Part shown: positions 21,978-32,289 of the stretch, piece after piece
Position numbering within the stretch: position 1 is the first letter of the stretch
Layout of the letters: each line of letters begins with the position of its first letter
NCBI GenBank assembly: GCA_010356995.1
Contig: ML996687.1
Coordinates: 621,803-685,802 of the forward strand
Source of the DNA: Trichodelitschia bisporula
Lineage: Eukaryota
Length of the DNA: 64,000 bases
Direction of reading: 5' to 3'
The notes under the pieces: generated by a model
What the model saw: the letters and a program-made list of their open reading frames with translations, nothing else
Database searches by the model: none
What the model was told of the DNA's origin: nothing
Position numbers and translations under genes: made by a program

Positions 21978-22805
21978 ATGTCCAACGTATCCGAGAAGTC
22001 GGGCCCTGCGCCCAATGACCAGCCCCTTGACGCGGCTGGACCCCCTTACAAGGATATCTTCCTCTTTCTCGCGCTCCCCCTCGAGCTTCGGTGGATGGTC
22101 TACCGCCAGGCGCTCTTTCCGAAGGGCGAGGTCGCGCAAGAGCCCTGGGACTCGGCTCCAGAGCTCGCGCTTCTGTGGGTTAATCAACAGGTGCAGGATG
22201 AAGCCCGGGACTTGATGTACAAGGAGGCTACATATGTTACCAAAATCCGCGACACGGCATCGCATGTCAGCCCCGCTGAAAAAGTGGCGCTGCGCAACTT
22301 CCGCTCGATCAAAATCAGCTGGGAAATTACACCTGTCATGGACAGTAATAAGGGGTTTCCCTTCTTCGAGGATCTCATTGCCATCCTGGCTAGCCGCGAA
22401 GAGCGGGCCAACGTCGACATCGAGGTCCCAAACTGGCCGGGTCTCCTGTGCAACTGCCAATTTTGTTACATGGTGACCCCAGGGTTGTTCTCTGATTTTG
22501 TTGACGATGCCATACATACCTTGCGGTGCCACCTTGAGGATACCACCTTTCCACGCCCCTCCCTCGCTTGGACCGAGGGCCCTGAACCTCCTCTCAAGTT
22601 GCCCGGTAATCCTTATGACCACCGCCCTGGACCTAACTACCCTTACCATAGGTTACGCATCATTGATGATGACGATAAGGACAAGATAGTGACGGTGCGG
22701 TGGTATCTCGGTCCTTCCGGGCCCCGCAGGACCCTTCCGACCCACAACTCCCCGGAGTTCATGGCGTGGTTGAGTGGACTTCCCACCATGGTTGTTCAGA
22801 CCTAA
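21978..22805 (+). CDS. Hypothetical protein with F-box-like N-terminal motif
   Basis: Long ORF containing FLFLALPLELRWMVYRQAL followed by LALLWVNQQVQDEA, a pattern common in filamentous-ascomycete hypothetical proteins. An alternative ATG lies at 21876. Confidence 0.65.
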   Translation: MSNVSEKSGPAPNDQPLDAAGPPYKDIFLFLALPLELRWMVYRQALFPKGEVAQEPWDSAPELALLWVNQQVQDEARDLMYKEATYVTKIRDTASHVSPAEKVALRNFRSIKISWEITPVMDSNKGFPFFEDLIAILASREERANVDIEVPNWPGLLCNCQFCYMVTPGLFSDFVDDAIHTLRCHLEDTTFPRPSLAWTEGPEPPLKLPGNPYDHRPGPNYPYHRLRIIDDDDKDKIVTVRWYLGPSGPRRTLPTHNSPEFMAWLSGLPTMVVQT

Positions 22806-24510
22806 TTCTCCGTCACTTTGACACCAGAACGACGTTCTCTGTCCTAAGCGCGAGATAGGTGCTGCCTGAACTGCTGCCCTTGCGAAGTTGCGTTTTCTCC
22901 ATATAAAGAAATAAATTCCCCTAATTCCGAAAGTCCTGATATAAGTATTCCGCCTCGCCTAACGTGTTGAGCAGATATCCCAGACTACATTGTGAGTGAC
23001 AATGACAATAGTAGTGATCCAATGATAACTCATAGAACTCAACGTTGAAGTTGAGGTTGTGCGGTGAAGTGACTGAATATTAAAGTTGCCAGATGCAGTA
23101 CCGTCACAGTTGAAGAGATACGGACTCGTTGAGATAGTAGCCGTTCACCAGAAGTAAGCAAGCGCAAGCGATCTTGCCTTGGTAACTCATTATTCACATG
23201 TAACAGGACTACCATTTTTTCATGCACTCGACATCCCAGATCCATCGATTAACGGTCGATGTCCCCGCCGGTGCGCTCGTCGGTAGCCCCTAATATCAAA
23301 CTCTATGCTTCCCAAATTCTTCCATAACCCTCTATCTTGTCAAAGAAGACACACGGAAACACCATGAACCTGCTGAAATACTCTCAATAGGCGAATGGTA
23401 TGTATTCCTAACACCAGACCAAGATCCATCGAAAACGAAACCTCCCCGCAATCAGCCCCGAGCTCCCATCCCCTCTCCCTCTCCCAACAAACCTCTCACC
23501 AAACCATCCCCTCCCACGCAAACCCCTCCATAGCAGTCCCATTCACCAATTCCAACCGCCCCCCCCCCCCCCCCCGGCAGCGGAGCCCCTTGGCCCGCCC
23601 CTCCCCCAAGCCCCAGCGCGCCAACCCCATCCCCAAGCCCTCCGCCTCGCCCAAGTCCGCTCCCTCCCCTACCAAGCTTCCAAGAACCCCCCAAGAACAC
23701 CAAGCCGCTTCGCGCAAAATCTCCAAGCAAAAAAACCCAAGACCTCCGCCCAATCACAGCCAAGGCCCCCCAAGACCCCCGCTCTTGGACGCCGGGCCTG
23801 CATCCAAGATCCCCGCTCTGGGGGGGCCAAGGTGGGCGGTGCAGGGCTTGGCGGGGGCGCAATTTATGTGAGGGGTTTTGAGCCATCGGAATACGTTGAG
23901 TGGAGGAGAAGGTTGAGGGGCGAGATTGCGGAGATGGAGCGGGGGGACGGCGGGGATTGGGATACGTAGAGTTTGGAAAGGCGTGAAGCTTGCAATTGAG
24001 TTGGGGCGTAATGAGGCTGTCTCTGCAGTATCCGCGATTATCATAGAAGGCTACCAGCGAAGAAATGGACTGTTTGAGAGGCGCATGATACCGAAGTGCC
24101 TGCTCATAATCGCCTCCAGCTCACCATAAGCCCCAAGTATCAAAGACGATCCCCCAAAACATAAGTCTCACAGCAGCACTGGCATTATCAACAGCATCGA
24201 AAGCAGGGGAAACAGTAATTGAGATACACTACAAGTTCCATGCAGCCCGGAGCCCGATTCCGGCCGCAGCCCAGTAAATCCTATCAGTTCGGCCGTACAC
24301 GTAGTCTTGCCCACCAGAGTGCTAAACAAGAACGAGCATGCGAAGAAAACCCATTCCGCAACCACAAGTTCAATAACCCATCCGGTACACCGACCGACCG
24401 ACCGATCCATCTCAGAACAATAACAGGAGTAAAACAATGTTAATCAACACAACATTCTTCGAAGGCACACTTTTCAAGTAACCCTATGTGAGAAGGACAA
24501 CGGAACCAGG

Positions 24511-26795
24511 CTAGGCGCCACCCTGCACCTCGCGCAGCACAGGATACAGGCTCTTCGCCTCGGACTCCTCCTCCAGCTGGCGCCGGCGTTCCGCATCCGC
24601 CGCAGCACTCTGCGGAGTAGCGGCGCGCGAGCCATCGCCAGAGTCCATGTCGTTGGCGTACTCTCCACGAGCCATGAGCTCCTTGATGAACTGCCGAAGA
24701 GCCTCGATGATGCGAACATTCTCCACCCACGCCTCTTGCGCACGATCAAGGTCAGGGTTCTCCTCCGAGCCTTCAGACTGCATGCCGGGGGAACGCAGAG
24801 CAGGGTCCACGTTGCGCAGGGAGGGAGAACGAACGCTCATCTTCGCCGTCTTCGCAGTAGTCGTAGCATCGGTGTCACGAGAGGACGGCCGCGAGTCGTC
24901 AAGGTCCATGCGTTCGGCAGGCGCCTCTTTCTGCAGGATTCCACCAGAGTAGCGACGACGAGCATCCGGATCGAAAGAGGTAGCAAGTCCAGAAGGCGGA
25001 GCCGATGAAGTTGAAGCGTATGTGCCAGAGACGTCGGACATGGCACTGACGGCAGGGAGAGTCGGGTACATCGTGCCCATAGGGCGAGGGGGCGATATGG
25101 TGTGAGTCGAATGAACGGAAGAGGGGGAATGACCGGAATGATACGACATGACAGACGATGCTGGGGTAAGGGCAGGGGTCTCGGTATTGCCTTGGGTCGT
25201 GGCAACGGCGGTCGCATGTCCGGAATGAGGGTTCGATGAGGGATGATGATGAGGTGGGGAATGACTGGTGCGGTAGTTCACGCCTGAGTGGACGTAGTGA
25301 GTGCCTGGTTGCGCGACGCCCGCTGCGGCAGCTTGACTCGAGTTTTCGTAGACTGTAGACTGTAGTTGTTCAAGGAACTGATCAATATTGACGAGGTCGC
25401 TCTTAGTTCGAAGATTCGGCAGAGGTAGAGAGTATTGAGGTTGAAGGAGGGGGGCGGGGGCAGACGCTACTGCTGGGCCGGCTGATCCATAGTCTGAAAC
25501 CCCGCCTGCGTAGCCGTTGAGGATAGGTAGCTGGACATTCTGCAACGCCATCAGTCGGTGTCCAACGTCGTAATACGTAGTCGGATCGATGGCTCGTCTC
25601 TTGGCGTCCCCAAAGAATTCGTTAAGGGCATCAAAGGCGGCACGCTTTCGGAGTTCGTACTCAGCATTGGAATTCTGTGGCTGGCTGACAGCGTAGTAGA
25701 CCGGGCCATAGGCAGAGCCTTGCTGCGGTGATGGACCACCGTGATACGCGCTGGGGTTCGAGCCAGGCGGGGGGTAGTACACCGGCTGCCCCTGGATCCC
25801 ATGATGATCGGGATAGTAACCACTTGCTGTGGCAGCCAGCGCTTGCAAGTCAGTGAATACTGCTCGCAGGTCAGGAAAAATCGAAAAGCGAAATTACAAA
25901 ATGGGGGTATGAAAACGCGGACCCAAACGAAAGGGGAACAACGAAAAAGAAGTAAGAGAGCGCGAAGAGATGGGGAGCACATACACTTGCCCTGCTGACC
26001 CGGATACGCCTGAGCGCCGGCAGCACGGTTCGGTTCAGGAGACCGGAGAAGGACCGAGTCGTCGGCATGGGTCTTGACGTGCTTCTTGAGGTCCTGGGGA
26101 CGCTTGAAAGCCTTCCCACAGAAGTCGCATTTGTGTGGCTTCAAGGGAACGTGGACGCGTATATGCGAGGTGATGTGATCCCGCTTGACCGTAGTCGTGC
26201 GACAGTTGCCCCATTGGCACGTGAGATTGAGGTTGTTCGTTGACTTGCGGCCCACGTGACGCTCGCAGACGTGATCCTAGATGACGAACTCATGTCAGCC
26301 TGGATGCCTTGGAGGGATTTGGAGGGGCAAAGTCAGGTAGGTTGCGCAATGGCTACACAATCGGCGACAACCGTAAAAATTTGCAGGGAAAACTTGCAAA
26401 TCTTCCGCGCCAAAAGAGCGCCGAAAACTTGCGATACTTTGTGCACAACACAGTCCTTCGGTTTCTTCGACTCCGGAGAGCTTCGGGCTGCAGGCTGTGG
26501 CCGCTTGGCAGCCGCATCGAGCATGATGCATGGCGCCTTCGCGATTGGAGACGAGATGGAAAAACAGTCAACAACGAAGGGTAAAAATACGTACATAGAG
26601 CTGCTCAGCTGTGGCACAGCGCTCACCACAACCTTGCCACTGGCAGACGAGCTGGTCTCCGGCGACACTGGACTGCGGAACAGACTGCACAGATGGCTGC
26701 GGGGCTTGCGGAGTAGACTGCTGCTGCGGTTGGGGTGCAGCTTGGCCAGGCTGCGCCTGTCCGGCGGAGGCGGCGTTATCGTTCATCGCAGACAT
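24511..26795 (-). CDS. pacC: pH-response C2H2 transcription factor PacC/Rim101
   Basis: Three zinc fingers (CQWQGC...[24 protein letters not shown]...[13 protein letters not shown]), DQFLEQLQ, and YPxL motifs (YPTL, YPVL). Introns 26277-26594 and 25860-25984. Confidence 0.97.
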
Positions 26796-27293
26796 CTCCG
26801 AAGGTGGGAAAATGGCGATAAAACTTGATAGTAGAAGGCCAAGCCTGGGGTCTGAAGTGGTGATGGTTTTCGCAGCGGAGTCTGGGCAACGGTTCGAAGT
26901 CTTGGTGTTGGAAGAGTCTTGGTGTTTTTTTCGTGCGGAGCGGAGGGCAGCAGAAGGCGGTAGCAGTGAGCCCACAAAAGTTTGGGCGGAGCTTGGGCCA
27001 ACGCGTCAAATGACTAAGCCGGAAAAACCAAATGCCGGAAGGTGTCGGTGACTTTTGGAATCCGCAAGACTCGAACCTTCGGTAGCCACGGTTCCCGGGG
27101 AATGGGAGCAACAAATATCCAAATCTCGTTTGACCGCGTCACACGTCCTTGGGTCCACAGGGGTAAGCAAGAGAAAAAGGTACAATGTAAAAAAAGAAGA
27201 GAACGAGGTCTTGGAAGCTTGGGGAGGGTGGGGGAGGAGAGTCGTTAAATCATGAAGGGCGGAAAACTGGGCGACGCCGAATGGGCTGCAGCG

Positions 27294-27325
27294 GCCAAGT
27301 CCGCCAAGCTCTTGGCGGACTTGGC
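27294..27325. promoter_or_regulatory. Palindrome of four PacC binding sites (GCCAAG) upstream of pacC
   Basis: GCCAAGTCCGCCAAG-CT-CTTGGCGGACTTGGC is a perfect 15-bp inverted repeat. GCCARG is the established PacC consensus. Confidence 0.85.
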
Positions 27326-28272
27326 GCCTGCACCATCTCCGCCCATGTCCCTCATATCATCTGGGGCCCTTGATTAGGGGGGGAGTTGAAAGCGATGGCG
27401 AACTTTTTTTGGAAGATGGTAAGGAATGGGAAACTGAGGGTGATTTGCGTACCGCGTCTCTGTTGTGGCCTACGTTGTGCCACCACCTCATTTGATATGG
27501 GCAACTCTTTGGACCTAGGCTCCTCCCTTGAACGAGTCTGGGCGAAGTTGGAGGTCCAGTAGATTTATATGCAACTCTTCTCTCAATCTTATCACTTGGC
27601 TTCGAGTGCTTTTCCTCCTGAGTATACCTCCGTATAAGCCAGCCGTGTGTTCACATGGGCTTGCAGTCCTATCAAAACAGTCGACTTCGTATAATGATTG
27701 CGAAAGTCCTCTACCCTCCTCAAGCCCTCCCTTCCAGCCCTTGGCTTCTCCGCTAAACCATTGGTCTTGGCGACATTCTTGGCGCTGGTCTCGGGCGGGT
27801 TTTACGACAAGGGTCTGGTGCTGAGAGTTTCCGCTTGCCGCCAACAACCGGCGCTCCTCCCTGGGCAGAGCGGGTTTGCTTGTGCCATCCAGCGGGCCAA
27901 GGGCTCCTCCCCCCCACCCCGCCTGACTCCCAGCCCCGGCCCATCAGCTGAGTCTTGGACTCCTCTCGCCTCCGTCCCGCCCAGCTCCATCAATCTCGCG
28001 CGCCGTCCATTTGCTAAAAGGGCCGACACAAGAAACGGCTTGTCGCAACACGTAACCGTGCTCTTTATCGCGAATGCCTTTGGAAAGATGCGCTCATTTA
28101 TGTGTCTTGGAGGCGGTGACGGCCCTGGTTCGGCATATTAGGCTCTGTGACCCCCCGACGGCTGTGTGCGCGGGAACTGGACAGCCTAGTCGATTGCCTT
28201 ATTCACGTGCATCGGATCATGTCCAATTGCTGGTCGTTCACATGGCGGTTAATCCCTCGCATCGCTACATCT

Positions 28273-28307
28273 GGCGGCAACATTAGGCGGCAACATTAGG
28301 CGGCAAC
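28273..28307. repeat. 13-bp tandem repeat GGCGGCAACATTA x ~2.7
   Basis: Directly visible in the sequence. Confidence 0.9.
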
Positions 28308-28883
28308 GGGAGCGTCGACGGGTAGATTGTACACCGCTGCCGACCGAGAAAGGTCAGGCTCCGTTTCTCGGTATCTGGAGACTGAGGGCGAATCCCAGGT
28401 CTTCTTCGTACTGTTAAATGATGGACTTAGTATAAATCCCGCTCATGAATATGTCCTCCAGCTAGTTGTCTGTTCCTCGAAGGATATGAATTAACAATTC
28501 AACCAGTCCATGGTCTCATTTTGAAGGTGATCCTCGAATTATTTCAAACCCTCGTCAATGTTTCCCGATTCAGCAATGTCTACACAGAGGTCGATGTCAT
28601 AGAGCGGCAGCTCAACAATACATTCTTCGCATTTCAACTTCTAGCAAGAACCAGCAATTGAGCATGTCCCCCGATGTCTCCCTTAAATGGGGCCAGTTGA
28701 TCCTGTCGTGCAAAATCGTGGCCCAGGTATTCCTCTCCACTAGTTCGACCTCCTGAGCGATCAGTTCACCATCCCAAGCAATTCCATCAGCTGAACCTCG
28801 CGGACTGCCCTTCGAAATCGCTGTCTGAAGCTCATACGTATGTAGTCCTCGTTGGGCACCAACTCCGGCACCGACTTGTACGA

Positions 28884-29335
28884 TCAGGCCAGGTTCTGGG
28901 TCTGTATCTGCGACTCGGGCACAGAGACAAAGACACAACGCCTAACACAACCAGAGGAAGTGCAGTCCTAGGATGTTAGCGCTCATGGTCTGAAACGTTC
29001 GGAAGAGGTGAACAAACTTATATAGCGCTCTGCTGCGAGCGTTGAAGAGTTGAGGAGTACAGAATATTGAAACTCAGGTACCGGCAACGGTACTGTTGTG
29101 CGTATGGATAACCAGCCCGTGGCGAGGTTGTCTTCGTGTATACGAAATAAGCGTGTTGTGTTCATACTAAGGTGCATTCTTCGTGCCAGCCCTTGGAATG
29201 AGGACCCACGGGCGTATGGGTGGTCGCAGTAACGACCTGGGTGATAGTGATGGTCGTGACGGCTTCGGCGTTGGGGTCGGCGGCGACAGTGATTGCGGCG
29301 ACCGCGGAGAGAGCGAGGATGTTGGAGAGCTTCAT
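28884..29335 (-). CDS. Small secreted Cys-containing protein (83 aa)
   Basis: Exon 1 29335-29168 starts with signal peptide MKLSNILALSAVAAITVAA. Intron 28968-29167 (GTATGA...GCTAAC...TAG). Exon 2 encodes DCTSSGCVRRCVF...QNLA*. Confidence 0.75.
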
Positions 29336-29442
29336 GGCTTCTCGGATGTCGATATCGTGGCCGTTCAGTGGCAGGTGAGGAATAATTAGGCGGTGAAAGT
29401 GTGGCGGTTTCTGGTGCTGGCGTTGAAGAAAGTTGAAGTTGC

Positions 29443-29482
29443 GGGTTGAGGTTGCGGTTGGGGTTGCGGTTGAGGTTGCGGT
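29443..29482. repeat. Hexamer microsatellite (GGTTGA/GGTTGC/GGTTGG)n upstream of the small secreted gene
   Basis: About six imperfect hexamer units are visible. Confidence 0.8.
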
Positions 29483-30017
29483 GGAGGTAGGAGGTAGAGG
29501 TGGAAGTGAACCTCGCCTTTTATTGTCAACAGTACCTTTGAGAAGCTCTTGGCATTGAAGCTGCTTGATATCGACCGTATCTTACCGTGCCGGACTTGAG
29601 ATGAAATCGCTCTTAAGCTTTCGTCTTGACTTCCTAATTGGGATATCTTGGCGCGGGTCTCATATGCAGCAAACTGAAGGACATTCAAACGTTTCTTTCA
29701 TTCAGCAGCTCAACCACTAAGAATGACCGCACTTCCTTTGTCTAGTGTATATAGCAGCTGGTCCGTCGTACTGCTAGCCTTCGATGAGTCGATGATCCCA
29801 GATAATAATGCTGCGGAAAGATGCCGGAAAGCCATGATGTCGACAGTGACCGCCTTAAGGGTCCAATTGCTTCCTCATCGGGAGATTACATGGACCGGCC
29901 GCTAGTCACAATTCAAGGCACAGAACACATTACGAGAATGTTAAGGTTCAATCCCTCCGAGACTCAGAGTTCATTTCGGTAATAACCCACAGAGCGTCAC
30001 AACTGACCCTCCACTTA

Positions 30018-30600
30018 CTACAAATTGACGTAGGTGTGTCGAATGTTTGCCTCCATGTCCTCTTCCGTCAGGTTCATAACCTCAAGAACGTTCTTAAACG
30101 GTCAGCTGTGTTCTAGTCATACGGCTGGTTCCCATTAGGCATACATACCTGAAATGTCTGGTCCGGGTTAACGGCGGCATTAGTGGCATTACGCGAGAAG
30201 AGGAGGGTGGTGGGATTGTCCGAGTGCAGGGCGATGGTGACGTCTTGAAACTAGAGACTAGTTAGCTTTGGAATTACACTTGGACATTCCGCAACGATCA
30301 TTTTGCTGACAGGATTTGCCCTAGTGGCTGATATAATGGCATACGAAAGCTTCATACCTGCGGCTCACGGGCATCAGCGGCCCGATTAATGAACCCCTGT
30401 GCGGACTTGACAACCGCAATGACTCCAGCGACCATGGCGACCATAGTACTGACAAGAATAGGCAGATACATGGTCCTCAGATCCATCGAGGCTTTTGACC
30501 GCACAAGATCTTTTCGACGGGGTTGAGCCGTGGATTGGGGGCTGCGGGGTGGCCGTGACGGTGGTGGAGATGCAGAGGGAGCGTTTGATTCCTTTTTCAT
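30018..30600 (-). CDS. Small secreted or single-pass protein (139 aa from ATG 30600, or 96 aa from ATG 30471)
   Basis: Three phase-0 exons (to 30358, 30250-30149, 30092-30018) with canonical introns 30251-30357 and 30093-30148. Hydrophobic segment YLPILVSTMVAMVAGVIAVV. Confidence 0.65.
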
Positions 30601-31056
30601 GGTAAAATGGAGAAGTTGAAGGACTCCAATTCATGTTGATTGTGAAAATGGTCTCGGCGTCAGTCGTGGCTGTGTATGTCCACCGGCCACAGGAGTTCGA
30701 ATGCTGAGAAGGAACCAAAGCCGCAGCGTGAACCTCTATTGTCGATTTTACCGGGAATGAACGGGGTTGTAGCAGATCCAGAAGACTTCCACCCGGTCAA
30801 GGCTGAGAACGTGACAATGCGTTAAAGTTAGGACTGAGATAGCTGTACAATGTCGATTACATAGAAGGTATATGCATGAAAGCAACCGCCACTACAGCAC
30901 AGCTATTTCCTTCGCCATGACTCCGACCTCTTGCATTTACTCCGCTGCCATTAGCTGGTGATGACCGAAGGCTGCTGCATGTCGTATTTATATAAGAAGC
31001 CGAAATCTACGCTGGTTACTCAACGGAACACCAGTTCAAACATCAATCGAACCTGC

Positions 31057-31412
31057 CTAAAGCCCAGGCTTCGGGCATGCACCACCCGAGCTCCGCCAGC
31101 AAGCATACGCGTGCGCATTCCGGCAATGAACAATCTAGAATGGTTAGTTGAGCTCACGCATACCATATTACCACGTACACTTTGCGAGTCAATGAGTGAT
31201 ACGGGACAGTAGGCCGGAGTGCACTCGCACACCGTCTGGTTCGTGGTTGGCCGTGAGACATCCCAGTGGAAGCGGTTTCGTCTCGCAGGAATAATGATGT
31301 TCAGGTCGGTCTCAAGCTTGGCCTTTTGCACCGCCTTGGCCGCATTCCTAGGCATGGCCACCACAAAGGACAGCATCGACAAGATAAAGATTAGTACTGA
31401 AGAGAAATGCAT
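31057..31412 (-). CDS. Small secreted cysteine-rich protein (103 aa, 6 Cys)
   Basis: Signal peptide MHFSSVLIFILSMLSFVVA. Intron 31135-31178 (GTACGT...CTAAC...TAG) gives CECTPAYCP...IVHCRNAHAYACWRSSGGACPKPGL*. Confidence 0.8.
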
Positions 31413-32289
31413 GATTGAAAGAGTGAAGGTTCAACGAGAGAAAAAGGTTAGCGAGACAAACACCACACGGTGGAGAGGAAGTCAAAGGTTTGAAACTGTT
31501 TGAAAGTCTGGGCCTGACGACGCTTGATCATATAAAGGCCCTTCAATATGCCAGAAGACACTAGCCATCGTCTCAGGACGCCACAAATTCTGGCAGCGCA
31601 TCAGCTTGTGGGAAATAGACATGGGCTCATAAATCCGAGGCGACCGAGGATAGCCCTAGACGAAGACTGATTTGGAAATGCAGAGGGTAGTCGCTTACGC
31701 CTTGACAAAACTGGGGAGAAACACCGAGCGACCTGGCAATTGGTTGGCGATGGTGCATTGACATTGCTATATAGACCTGGTTAGCGGAGAAGGCGTGCTG
31801 TTGGGAGGCTGTGGGGATCATCTCCCCAGATTTCCGGACCAACAATATGAACTACGCTCGTAGCTTGTCAATGTTTGCTGCTTGCTACTGGCCTAGAAGA
31901 ATCTATAGAGATTGAGCACAGTGCACGCGAAAATAGAGCAAAGCCGGAAGGGGAGGATGTCGCACAGCTTCACTGTTGACCAGGTGAAGTTGCCGTGTCC
32001 CCAGTCTTCCCCATGTTGTCCCAAGAGATGTGTGATGTGGCGCCACCGATGCCGTGGCGTCCGTGCAGCCTGAGGCTCAAACAGGGCTGGACCAATCGGC
32101 CCCCTGTTTATTTACCTTTGCTCTCTCCACCAAAAGCTCAACCACAACACCTCGCTGCTGCTCGCAACTCCGCATCCTCTTAGTTACGTCGCGCATCGAT
32201 CCCTTCCCCAACTCTTCATCCTACGACACCATCTCACACCTCATCCACGTTGCTACACACTTATTGCGAACACCTCCAACATCTACACC

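Noticed and set aside
23395..23871. 158-aa Pro/Ser-rich ORF
   Set aside because: Low complexity driven by C-rich DNA, with no motif. The apparent GTATGT...CTAAC...CAG at 23398-23417 is too short for an intron.
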